A stretch of DNA of 64,000 bases from Macrostomum lignano (lineage: Eukaryota), in contig NIVC01000293.1 of assembly GCA_002269645.1 (NCBI GenBank), positions 372,001 through 436,000 of the forward strand, given 5' to 3'. Shown here in pieces: positions 1-12,534 of the stretch. The notes under the pieces were generated by a model. It did not search any database. It was given only the letters and a program-made list of their open reading frames with translations, and was not told where the DNA came from. Made by a program: the position numbers and the translations under genes. How positions within the stretch are numbered: the stretch's first letter is position 1; the number at the start of each line of letters is the position of its first letter.

Positions 1-956
1 AATTAAAAAATAGTGCATAAAAATACTTTGCATACCATTATGTCATCTTTAAGTCATTAATTTGCAAAAATTAAAGAAACATTTAAATTCCACATGGCCA
101 CGTGGAACCCACGTGGAATCCATGAATCATTTTTCACTGGGTTATCCCTAGGAAAAGCGTCTAGCGAATTTGCCTAAGCTAGTTCGTCTAGGAAAAGCAT
201 CTAGGAATCTAGCCTTTGCTCGAAGCCAAGCAGGCGGTCTCGGATCGAGAATGAGATCGTCTCCTGAACGAGGATGGTCTCTTCGGGCCCTCACCTATTC
301 TGTATTTATACTAAAATTCGGGGGTCTCAGGGCCAATGGGAAGCTCAGAGGCAGTTTCGTGGCAGATCCCATGGCAGTTCCGTGGACTACCCGGAGCCAG
401 GAGCGATCTTGGAGATGTCCATAAGACATCTGCCTCATCATGCAGCCTCCGCATGGCCTGCTGGTACACTGCTTGCATGTTGCGGCATGCAAGGAGTGCA
501 CCAAGACCCCACGAGAGCCTACCCCGGGCGGAGAGCTATGCTCTCACTCCCGCTGACTAAATAAGCCTGTACTAAGGGAGAAATGTCCCACTGACTAATG
601 TTTCTATTTTTAGCCCATTGCAGACTGCGCCAGGGGGAGAGGGGGAGAGAGTTTCTCTCCCTGTCCCGCGACAGCTGCACATCTGAGCCTGCACAAGGAA
701 GAGGGGGAAAGGACAGCCCTATGCCCAGCTCCCACTGCTGCAGCCCAAGCACTAACTGACTACGGGGGGATCCCAGGAGCAGCCTATGCTAGCTATGCTG
801 GATCACCACACAACCCTTTGCAGTCCAAGTTTTATGCATCATCAACAATGAGCAGCGAAATGCGCTACCCTTAGATTCGATGGAATGGACCACATCCGGG
901 TTCAATATGGTATCACTACCCGCCTGCGAGCTGCATCGCTGAACAAGTGTTTTAAA

Positions 957-1243
957 TGTTGTGCATTGAGAGAATGCCTCCTATCAACGCGCGCATTGAT
1001 GTACTACTATTACGAGTAATTCTCTTACTGACTCTCTCGTTCCCTTCAAGTTTCGCTTTTTGTCTATGTCCTATCTCTCTACAGGCATTCGTATATTTTA
1101 GAGCACCGCTCTCTTGTTTGTTTCCTAAAAGCATGTTTGAGCCTTAAGGCAATATAGAAAACAATAAAGTGCATCAACATTAACGCTGCTCTAAGTCTTT
1201 GGAGAAGAGTCCACGTTCTGACGACAGTGCATGAGCCACTTCA
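957..1243 (+). repeat. 5' LTR (287 bp)
   Basis: Near-identical to 5544-5809; starts TGTTG, ends TTCA; contains AATAAA. Confidence 0.95.
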
Positions 1244-4200
1244 ATGGCGTCGCGACTGAACGAGTTGCAACTCGAGAAACCCGAGCGGGCTCTGACCTGG
1301 CTGAAGGCTTTCCAGGCGTTGGCCCGTGCGAAAGGCTGGAAGGATGAAGGCAACGATTTTGCAATTGCGAACAATTTCCTGGCTACATGTGGCCTCAGTG
1401 CCTTTGAGAAATTAGAAAGCCTGGTGGCTCCAAAAAAATCGAGACTTTGAAGTTTGCGGATCTAGAAAAAGCACTTCTCTCGTATCTCCGACCGAAGGAG
1501 AAACTGACTGTTGCGGAACGCACGCGGTTTTTTCATGTGCGTCAGCGGCCTGATGAAACGGTTTGCGATTTTCTCTCGCGCCTTCGCACTGCGGCCACGG
1601 ACTGCAAGTTTGACGAATTGCGGTCTTGTGCAAGTCCTGCCGAGGAGCTGATTCGACTGGCTTTGATTTCGGGAATGCGAGATCATCGGACTCAACAGCG
1701 TATTTTAGAAACAATGCAAACTGACGACATGTCAATTGAAGACATTGGGGATTTTGTCCGCAACCAGGAGCAAGTGGCTGCTTTTATTGTCTCTACCGGT
1801 GCGGATGCCAATAGCGTTCAATCTAACAGTGCTACTGCCTCTACGAGCATTTCCTCTGCAGCTACGGATGCTGGCACATTGCATTATTCCCAGGCCAGCC
1901 ACACAAAGAAATCAGATGGCTATAAACGTGTTGTTACGGACTGCAGGTTCTGTGGGAAATCACACCCGCAAGGCAAGTGCCCGGCATTTGGTAAGACATG
2001 CACGAAATGTTCCAAAAGAAATCACTTTAGTGCAGTTTGTCGCTCACAACCATCAAAATCCGTGCACAACGTTTCCGAGACTGAGACCTCTGCAGACGAG
2101 GGTGCCACCCTCCCATCAATGGATGTCTTGCATCTCTCCGATTCACATTCGGTTAATTCCGTAGATATCGTTACCGAAAATCTCCTTATCAACGGCCGTC
2201 ATATCGCCATGCAGATTGATACGGGAGCCTCTGTGTCCGTTCTTTCCAGTACCCTCTGGGAATCGCTTGGCCGACCCACGCTTCAGAAGTGCACTCGCCG
2301 ACTAGAAGCCTACGACGGTCATGCTCTTAAAGCGCTCGGCAAACTGTGCACCACCGTTGAGATGAATGGTCGCCTCAATCCCGCTGAACTCATGGTAATT
2401 GTAACAGGTAGGATTTTGTGTCCATCCTGCCTGCACCTTCTGCTCACGTCGGATAACAAAGAATTGAACTCGAAGCACGGTTTTCTGGGCCCAGGCTGCT
2501 GCGGCCTACAGCCCAGCCGAGGCAATGGCCATGCCTTTAGGCCCGCAGATGCGGGCGGGAGAAAGTGAAGCGAGCGCCTCCACTGTCTCTCCTTTTATTT
2601 AAAAACACTGCAGAACATGCGCGTGGGAACGTAAACTCTTATAGGCTACATAGAACAAAATGCGAATTACGCGGCAAGTTTTAGGTGCAGCCGTCCTTTG
2701 CAAATATGACTGCATTCTATGCAGCTCATAGTAATATCCTCCTCTAAGAAATACAGGCTTCTCGGCCGAGATCTGCTTGAGTCAGAGAGACTATTCCATG
2801 TGTCTGTGCCTACATCTGCGACTGCGCCGCAGATAGTTGCGCCTCTTCCGACGATCAAAGGAGTTAAGGCCACGATGGAACTTGTTGCTGGAGCGAAGCC
2901 TCGTTTTTGCCGTGCCCGAGCTGTGCCAATTGCTCGTGAGTCTCAAGTGAATGCGGAACTGGACCGGCTGCAACAGCTCGGCGTAATTGAGCCTATCGAT
3001 GGTCCAGTAGAGAATGCGTCTCCAGTTGTTTGGGTCACAAAAAAAGACGGCACTTTAAGGATGTGTGCGGACTACAAGGTTCATGTTAATTCCAAAATAA
3101 AATCAGATTCTTATCCTATCCCAAACATCGAGGGGATGTTCGCTAAACTAAAGAACGCCAAAAGGTTTGCCAGCATTGACCTACGATCAGCGTATTGGCA
3201 GATTGAGTTAGATGAGGCGGCTCGTGATCTGTCCGTGATAAATACCTCACGTGGTCTGTACAGGGTGAATCGATTGCAAATGGGTATGAAGAACGCCTCT
3301 TTCATTTTTCAGCGCACAATGGAGGCTATTCTATCCGACTTGAAAGGGCTGCTGATTTACCAAGATGACATTCTTGTATTCGCCGATAACCATGACTCCT
3401 TGCAGAAGCGTCTGATGGCAGTCAAGAAACGCTTGGAGGAGAAGCGCGTTACCATCAACGAGGCTAAGTGCATTGACTACTGTGACGAGATTTCTTTCCT
3501 AGGCTTCAAGATCTCCGCCGCTGGCATTCAACCTGATGATCGCCTCGTTGAAAAGGTTTGCCAAATCGCTACGCCCGCAAACAAGCAAGAGGTATCGCAG
3601 TTTCTGGGTCTCGTCAACTTTTGCGGCCGACTAATCCCAAAATAATCCCAAATTTCACCGCTAAAACACGCGCGTTAAACAATCTTCGCAAGGCTAGCAC
3701 AGCGTTTGTCTGGGATTCCCGTTGCTCTGAGGAATTTGAAAATCTGAAGCGTGAGATTAGCTCCGCTCCTGTCATAAGGCCGTACAGTTTAGAGAAACCA
3801 GTCACTTTGACTACCGATGCCTCCAAAGGTGCCGTGGCTGGCGTACTCACGCAGGAAGGACATCCCATCATCTATGTTTCGAGAACGTTATCAAAAGCTG
3901 AGGAAAACTACTCAAACATTGAGCGCGAGGCGCTTGCAGTTTTCTGGGCAATCAATCGCCTTAGACAATACCTCCTAGGAAGAAATTTTACTATCCAGAC
4001 AGATCATCAGCCGCTACTTCGCCTCTTTGGTGGCGAGGTGCCCACGCACACCTCGGCTAGAATTGGTCGCTGGGCGCTTGCGCTTATGCAGTATGACTTC
4101 CAAATTCAATATGTTAGTGGTCCTCAAATTCCCCATGCCGACGCACTATCCCGCCTGCGTTTCACTAAAGCGTCGCCCGATCCAAAGGAAATTTCTGATG

Positions 4201-5381
4201 CGATCAACTGCGTGGTATTCGAAACCTCAACCATTGACTCTAAGCGTATACTGGCGGAGATGGATTCTGACCCTCTTGTTCAGAAGATAATTCAGCGCGT
4301 GCGCTCTGGAGACTGGTCGAAGTGCTCTCAGGCGGAATCCCCATTCAAAAAAGTCGCGGATCGCCTCACTATGGAAACTGGCCTGCTATTCAAGCAGAGA
4401 CGCATCTTTATTCCGCCTCGCCTACGTCTCGAAGCCTTTAACACTATTCACAACACGCACTTGGGCGCGCAAGCCTCTTACAATCTACTAGCCTCATCGT
4501 GTTGGTGGCCTGGGATGCGGCTTGATGTTGAACAATTTGTGCGTCGATGTTCTGGATGCAATCAGCTACGACCGCGACTGCTCAAAGAAAGAGACACTTG
4601 GCCAGCATCTACTTTTCCTTTCCAGCGGATCCACATCGATTGGGCGTATGTAAAGGACATTGGAAATATCCTAATTGTCGTCGATACGTTTTCAGGATGG
4701 ATAGAAGCTTTTCCGTCGCGTGACAGATCAGGAGATAGCGTTGTTCGGTCCCTAATTACCGTATTTTCTCGATTTGGTGTACCCGAACTACTTGTGTCGG
4801 ACAACGCACCTGAGTTTACTGGTGATCCCCTATCCTCATTCCTACGCGCCAACGGCGTTCGGAAATTGGAGTCACCTCCGTACTACCCTCAGGCAAATGG
4901 ATCGGCGGAGCGGGCAGTTCGTACTGTCAAGACGGCGTTGAGAGCGTGGACCGAGCGCGTCACCCACATGGAGTTTCTCCGCTTCCTTCAGAAGGTACTT
5001 TTCCACCATCGCAATTCGTCCATGTCCCGAGGTAAATGCCCGGCGGAATTGGTCTTTGGCAGACGACTGCGCGTGCCCGTAGTTTCACCTTTCGTTCAGG
5101 GGGAGACGGTCCACTACAAACCACATGAATCGTCGTCAGGCACCCCCGCGACCTTTGTGATGACTGCAGGCAGGAACACGGCGTGGGTTCTCGCTGACAG
5201 TCGGTTGCAGTTAGCTAGCACTAATCAGCTGGCGCCTCAAAACCAGCCTTCAGACGCCGATGACGATGATGAAGATGCTGTTCCCACATCCAATGCAGAC
5301 GTGCCGCCCGATGACCAACAGCAGGCCCAACTGAGACGAAGTTTGCGAGACCGTCGACCTCCCGAGAGATTCACCCTATAG
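1244..5381 (+). pseudogene. Gypsy gag-pol polyprotein broken by three lesions
   Basis: ORF pieces 1244-1450, 1447-2399, 2736-3645 and 3558-5381. Lesions: one missing A in the A7 run at 1432-1438; a 336-bp insertion including its TSD at 2400-2735; an 11-bp duplication (taatcccaaa) near 3632-3652. Confidence 0.93.
2400..2730. mobile_element. 331-bp solo-LTR-like insertion in the Gypsy protease
   Basis: Flanked by a GTAAT duplication (2395-2399, 2731-2735); begins TGTAACA and ends CATA. Removing it restores AELMVISSSKKYRLLGRD in frame. Confidence 0.75.
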
Positions 5382-5543
5382 CATTCTCATGAGTTGCAGT
5401 GAACAATAACTACCTTGCCTGTTAACAATGAACTGTATAAGATATGTTTTCCCACTCTAAAAGTTACTCATGAAATTTTATACTTTATTGATATAACCCA
5501 TACATATAGGTCATGGTTGTAAGCAGCTTCTGAAGAAGGGGCA

Positions 5544-5809
5544 TGTTTTGCATTGAGAGAATGCCTCCTATCAACGCGCGCATTGATGTACTACTATTAA
5601 TTCTCTTACTGACTCTCTCGTTCCCTTCAAGTTTCGCTTTTTGTCTATGTCCTATCTTTCTACAGGCATTCGTATATTTTTGTTTGTTTCCTAAAAGCAT
5701 GTTTGAGCCTTAAGGCAATATAGAAAACAATAAAGTGCATCAACATTAACGCTGCCCTAAGTCTTTGGAGAAGAGTCCACGTTCTGACGACAGTGCATGA
5801 GCCACTTCA
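5544..5809 (+). repeat. 3' LTR (266 bp)
   Basis: Copy of the 5' LTR with two short deletions (7 and 14 bp) and about 3 substitutions. Confidence 0.95.
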
Positions 5810-6209
5810 TTAAACTTTCGCTCACCTGTGACTGCACGTACCTTGGTGCCATCGTGAAATGAGGAATCTGCGTGCAGCAGTGGTTTGGAAAAATCTAAAG
5901 ACCATGTACAAGCTTATAGAAGGCTAAACTGACATTATCACACTAATAAAATTCAAAAACCTAATTTTCTTTCCTTTTGCTGTTTTTCACTAGTTTCATA
6001 TTGTTTCACTATAGTTTAATACTATGAAACTACATGGAACTAGTTTAGTTTCACTTGTTTAACTAGTTTGGTTTCACTAGTTTCACATTCCTTTTGCTGT
6101 ATTTTATTCCTTCACAGCTTTGATATGTATTAGAATACTTGCCTTTTTATGTCTATCTTTGTCTCAATTGCAATGTACAGAATATTGCTTGAACGTTTCC
6201 TGAATGATC

Positions 6210-9200
6210 CGTTCTTATTGCTCCTAGCAGTGAGAAGGACGCTCAGCAGCTGCTCCAGTGGCTGCCGACTGTCTCCTTGGATGCTGACTTCGGCAGAGCC
6301 CTTTTTCTTCGCGAAGGCCTGCGTCCAAAGATAATACCCTACGTGGTTTTTGTCCCTGCAAAGAGCACCGCAGCTGGACCAGACATAATCCGCCGGGTCC
6401 TACAGCATCTGAATCCCGACCTCCCTGCTAGTGGACTGGTGTATCACCAATGTCCGCAGGGGTAAGTCAATTTTCCTCGGCCTTTCAAACGCTTGGGCGA
6501 GTCGGTACCCTAACGGATCCTCCTTCCAGCTGGGTGCCCTCAAGCTCAAGATGCGCCGAGGAAAGTCTGCCAAAGGTAAGGCTACTGCCAACCCCGGCAT
6601 CTCCGGCAAGAGCGGGGCGCAGTCTGATGTCCAAGGAAAGGCGCAAGCCGACCCCAAAGCCGAAGCTGCGTCTCGCCCCTCTGCTAGCAGCAATTCGGCG
6701 ACCGTGGTGACGGCTCCGGCCAAGCCCCGGGAACCGAACCTGCCAGACGGAGGAGTTGAGGATGAGGCCGGATCTTCGGAGTCCGAGCTCTCCTCGGCCA
6801 CCCTGGTGGGGTCTGAAGGCAAGGATGCAGATGAAGAAGCTTCTTCTATCCTGTTATCGGAGCCCAAGGGCTCTGCTGGGGGGGGGGGCTGGTGGGGGTG
6901 AGGAGGCCATGGACGTCGACCAACTCCCATCTCCGAGTTAAGCCCCCAACGGCCTGAGACGAGGACGATTTGCTGCGGGGTTCTAGCCAGCTATTGCATT
7001 TAATACAGTATGACTAAGCTCCACGCTGCCAAAGAGCGAAATTCTGTCTGCAAAAGAATTTACAGCATTGTCGGCTGATTTTCCATGCAAGAATGGCATT
7101 CTTGCACTCTTTTGCGTGCAGGAATGGATGTCTATGGTAAAATCTCACTGAAAAAGCATTAGGCGCAGAAATGCATTCCTGCACGGTTTTGTGCATTCCT
7201 GCACGATGAATCATCCGACAATGGAATTCCTTCACGTTCACTCGTGCGTGAAGGACATCGTGCACTCGTGCGCTAGCGCGCACTCGTGCAGATGTCATTC
7301 CCGCACTCGTGACCGTGCAGGAATATATCATTGCTGTCGGATTTCCATCCTCTAAATATTTGTACTTTCGGTTTTGCAATTCAGCCTTGTGCTTTTCAGT
7401 TAGCCGACTCCCTTCGTCTACCATGCTCTTCCCCACAGACAATCTCAACCGTTAATTCACCATAGATAGTTCAACTAACCTGTTTATTATTGTTAGTATA
7501 AATACGACTTCAACCCGCGGCTGAGATTGCCCCGAATTCTGCCCGCTATTCAATTATACCTCGTATTAGCTCGTATTAGTCCATTCGACAATTGCATATC
7601 TGCGTCAGTAAATCTGATGAAGATTACTGAGCTGTACAGGCCAGGCCTCATCCTGATCCAGGAACCCTGGATGCGCAGCGGTAAGCTGCCCAACGTTCCT
7701 TCTGGCTACTCTGATTTTTGTGTTTGGCCCGGGGAACAGCCGCCCTAGAGCGGCTATCCTCGCTGCCAGCCATCTCCAGGCTTGGCTGAGGACTGATCTT
7801 TCAGATGGAGACCTCTGTGTCATCCAATCTAATCATCTCTCTCCGCGTATGTGTCTCGTTGCTTCGATTTATATTCCAGGCGACAGAGACCCTACACCTG
7901 AGAGTCTACTGCGCCTTGCCCAGTACTGCGAGTCCCAGAACGCTGAGCTGTGCTTGGGGGGCGACCTCAACGCACACCATAAGCACTGGGGCAGCAAAGA
8001 CACCAATACTAGGGGGGAGGAGCTTCTGGCCCTTATCTCTAATACAAACCTCATGCTCTGCAACCGCGGTAGCACTCCTACCTTTAACAATGGCAGATGG
8101 AATGCGGTCCTCGATGCCACACTCGTTACCCCAATACTCTTTGACAGAGTTGAGGAGTGGAGAGTCTGGTCTGAGGAGCCCTCCCTGTCTGACCACTGCT
8201 TTATCGCATTTGACATTGCGGACACTAAACCCCAGTCCTCGATTACTTGGAGGCGTAATATCCGCAACACGGATTGGGCGGCCTATAAGGCTACCCTTGA
8301 TCTGCACCTGCAGGAACTCACGGACTTACGTCCATTTGAGACCTGCGAGGATGTGGACCATACGCTGAGACGCTGACAGGTTGCATTATTGCAGCCGTTG
8401 AAGCGGCCTGCCCTGTCCGTGCCTACAAAGGCACGACCTCGGCGCCCTGGTGGAACCCGGAGCTGGGGAAACAGGCGGAAACCCAAAAGCCTTCACCGCC
8501 GTGCCATGAAGACGGGAAACCCGGAGGACATGGAGCTTTTCCGGCAAGCCTCCCGCAACTTCAAATCTGAAGTGCGCAAGGCCAAGGAATGTAAATGGCG
8601 CCAGTTCTGCAATGAGTCTGATCAAGACAGACCTTACTTTTAGGCTTGTCAAGGCCCTTACAATGGACGAATGTCCAAATTAGCCATGATCAGAAAAGAT
8701 GATGGCTCTCTTACTGAAAACCCTGAAGAAGTGCTTCAACATATGCTCAGCACATTCTTCCCGAGGGTACCCACTGCTAGATCGGAACCCAACCATTCGA
8801 TGGATGGAGCCACCCTAGCGACGGGCATTATCACTGAAGACTTGATCGCTCGCAAAACCTTCAAGCCTTTCAAATCTCATGGACCTGATGGTATCTACCC
8901 TGTTCTTCTTTGTGAAGCAGCCAAGATACCCTCGTTCTTGAGACTTACCCGCAATCTCATGCGGGCCTCTATCCAGCTGGGGGGATACGTTCCCAAGTGC
9001 TGGCCCGAAGCTCGGGTAGTCTTCATTCCCAAACCTTGGAAGGGTGACTACAAGAGCGTCAAGGCACTCAGGCCAATTAGCTTAACATCAGCAATGCTTA
9101 AGCTCACTGAGAGGCGGCTGGTTTCATGCGAGCTCACAGCGATGCCCCTCAGCAATAATCAGTACGCCTTCCGTACCGGGAGGTCGACTGATAGCACCCT

Positions 9201-10760
9201 GCATGCGATAGTCGAGAAGATTAAACGGGCGGTACTGGGTGACGGACGACGGTTACGCCCTGGCTCTTTCTCTCGACATTGTTGGCGCCTTCGACAACGT
9301 CATTTTTGAAGCGTTTCAGAGGGCCCTTCAAAATCGCAAAGCTCATGCTACTCTCATACGGTGGATCATGTACGTGATGTCCACCCGTATGGTCACTGCC
9401 CAACTCCTAGGGCAAACTGCCTCCGCCAGAGTCTGTAAGGGTGGACCCCAAGGCGGAGTCCTCACCAAGACGCTCTTTTGGGAGAGCAGTCATGGACGCT
9501 CTTCTGGGCGACTCCCGACCTTATTCCGTCTTCAAAGTCGGGTATGCTGACGATGTCACTGCCATTGTGGCAGGGCCGTCCCCCAGCACGCTCAGGGATC
9601 TGATGCAGAGCTCTATCCGCAAAACAGAATTCTGGGCCAATGACAATTGTTTGGAACTCTCTGAGCCCAAAACTGTTGCTATTATATTCACCAGCAGAAT
9701 ACGCTGGAACATACGACCTCTGCAGTCATACGGCAGAGATATTGCCTTCGCGCACCAGACCAGATGTCTCGGGGTCATACTTGACCACCGGCTCAACTGG
9801 TCCTCCCACGTGAAAGCAAAAGTCAGGCGTGCCTCAGCCATTCTGGCCCAGCTCCGACAAGTAGATCAACTCCATGGTCTTCCAAAATGAAGACTGAAGC
9901 ACTGCAGAGCTTCTCGCCACTGGCGTAACCGGTAGGAACATCATTTTCCATTCGGACAGCCAAGCTGCCTTGCACGCCATCAGTGGCTGTAGTACCGATT
10001 CTGCTACAGTCCTCGACTGTATCAAACTCCTCAACATGTTGGGCTCCACCAACAAAATCACCCCTAAGTGGGTTCCGGGGCATGTGGGGATCCGAGGAAA
10101 TGAGTTGACTGACGCCCTAGCGAAAGTTGGTATCTCCGGCTCCTCTCTCGTGCCTGAACCCATTGTCCCGATCCCCGGCTGCGTCATCGTCTCGCGCATC
10201 AAAACGTGGATCAGAACTCAGCACCACTCGACTTATGCGAACTGCACTACCTGCAGGCAATCAAGAGGCGCTGTCCCTCAGCCCTCTCACTAGCTTCGGA
10301 AGCTCCTCCTGCGTCTCTCGCGTAGAGACATTCGGGCTGCCACCATGACCCTCTCAGGCCACGGCTGCTTCTCCAGGCACCAGTACCTGCAGGGCAACTC
10401 CATCTGCAGTTTTTGCAACTCAGGTGACGAAACCGCTGAGCACTTCGTCAGCATCTGTCCCGACTTTACGCGAGCCAGACTCACTTACCTCGGGCTACAT
10501 ACATCTATTACTGAAGCGTGCAAACCCAAAAAACTTTAATCAGCCCATGCGCTACCTCCGGGCCACCCGCAGGGCTGAACTCTCCTTTCTAGAGAGCACC
10601 ATAGCTGGCTGGCGACACAGGGGGACCTCCCTGGGCGGCGCCAACCCTCCGTTCATAGCGATGCGTCGGCTGTTCAGGGATTGCGGAATGGGCGTCCGCG
10701 CCTTCCCGCTGTGTCCCTCTCCGGGGCAGCCCTGCAGCTAAGTCAGTTAAGTCAAGTTCT
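6210..10760 (+). mobile_element. 5'-truncated, degenerate non-LTR retrotransposon (R1/LOA-like, with RNase H)
   Basis: ORF1 remnant 6210-6940. APE (LIQEPW, GDLNAH, SDH) about 7590-8230. RT (RPISLT, YADD) about 8670-9800. Partial RNase H (DSQAAL, WVPGHVGIRGNELTD) about 9900-10130. C-terminal CCHC (CSFC...HFVSIC). AAGTC-like tail. TSD TGAATGATC at 6201-6209 and 10761-10769. Many frameshifts. Confidence 0.9.
7003..7585. other. About 580-bp unrelated insert at the LINE ORF1/ORF2 junction
   Basis: Separates the start of the endonuclease (..cagctattgcat | aattgcatatct..NCISASVNL). Contains four CACTCGTG motifs and tandem CTCGTATTAG. No clear TIR or TSD found. Confidence 0.4.
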
Positions 10761-12534
10761 TGAATGATCAATTAACCAATTTTTAACGCTCTCCCAAAGA
10801 CAAGCCAATTACTTGGAATGCTTTGAAACCCTCTTTTGCATGAACAATTAAAGTGTTCAAATCTTTTCAAAATACCCGTTTTTTGCCCTCGCAACTCGAA
10901 AGCATTAAAATTTTAATGAGGATGGCATGCGCGGCTAGATTTACGGAATGACTAAAAATAGTGCTTCATTACTATAACGAGCTTAATTTACTAAACATTC
11001 AAAGTTCGACTTATGATCGCAGACAGTAAATTATTTGTACTTTCCCAATTGGAAAGCTTGGTTTATCTACGTAAATATACGTAGATTTTTTTAACGTAAA
11101 TTTTACGTGAATGTTGTTCGTGGGTATTACGTATAATTTTCGTGTTCCATGGATATATATAACAAACAACTTTTAACTAAAATTTGCTCCACAGTATTTT
11201 ATTTTTGAATATTGTCTGCATATTTGAACAGGTTCATCATATACTTTCGCGAAGGTCTACTCTTTGAGCAGAAGCGTAAAGGCAGCAATAACGATTGTGG
11301 TCAATGATTTGCCTTATGCAATTAGTGTTTTATTAAATTAGATTAAGTGTTTCTTTTAATGGGATAATTCACAATTTTTTTCCTGAGCATACAACAAAAA
11401 ATTAGAGTTATATTTGTTTTAACGTGTTGTTTTAAAATCTAAATTTCAAACTGATTTACTCTTCCATTCGCGTTCGCGCCCAGGCCGGAAACATGCATGG
11501 ACTGGACTAAACATGGAAGTGTTTAGTTAGTGAGAGGTGGATTAATTAACACATGTAAACGTAACTCCAATTGCGAATTACTCTAATAGTTACAGTGTAT
11601 AATGGTGATAAGATTTCTTGTCGCTGTTGTTTGATTTCACGACTATAACATGCAGTTAAAAGTCTCACTGTCTCTGGCTGATTTTGATTGCTAGTCATAC
11701 TCATAAACACATTGTGAAACCGTTTGGCCCCAATAATTTAAACTGGAATCTGCAGATCTGTTGTATTGCATTAAGTTCTAGAACAGATGGTTACTTACAT
11801 CTCCTCCTTCTTATCCTTCTATTTACACAGGCCTACAAATTTTACTTGAAATGCTGAAATCTCAGACATTGACAATGTCAATATTTAGCTATTGAGTAGG
11901 TCTATTGGCCTATATGTAGCTGTTGACCTATTGTTTCACCAGACTACTAGCTTAGCTAATAACTAGAATTGTTGGTCAATTGTATTGTACTTATATATTT
12001 TATTTTTGCTAGTTGCTAACTATAGTATAATAACTTTTTATGCTTTTGCCAAGATTTGGTTGTGGGTGGTAGACTGGTAGGTAGCAAAATATTTTCCTTT
12101 TTTATAATGATATTTATTGCTAGGTTCGACATTTATTGCTAATTTATTGCTAATTGACATTTATTGCTAATTTATAATGAACCAGATCATTAAATTTACC
12201 ATTCTACCAATGTTAATAGGCTAAATAAACAAAATTTTTAAATAAAGTTTAAAATAAATATATCTTATAGTTTTGCTTTATTGGCAAAGACTAGATAGCC
12301 TTGCTGATTATTCTTATATTATAACTAAAGTAATAAAAAAGTCTTATATATAAATAATACCTATTGCTGCGTATTGCACTAGAGCATCCTCTAACACATT
12401 AATCTGCCATAGTTATTCTGTGGTACTGAGAAATATAATTTTAACTTTAATTATGAATATTTTAAATTTTGATATTTACTTTTACCCTATTAATTTATTT
12501 TACAATTTCTCTTTCTTTCAGTAATATCATATCT

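Larger units (their letters stand above)
957..5809 (+). mobile_element. Full-length Ty3/Gypsy LTR retrotransposon (Mag-like), defective
   Basis: TG...CA LTRs at 957-1243 and 5544-5809. The 5-bp TSD TTAAA flanks both ends (952-956, 5810-5814). PBS-like TGGCG at 1245; polypurine tract GAAGAAGGGG just before the 3' LTR. Domain order Gag(2xCCHC)-PR(DTGAS)-RT(YQDD)-RH-INT(HHCC, DDE, GPY/F-like). Confidence 0.97.

Noticed and set aside
1-950. Short ORFs and CTAGGAAAAGC / CCACGTGGAA repeats
   Set aside because: No recognisable protein motif or element boundary; probably TE-derived but unsupported.
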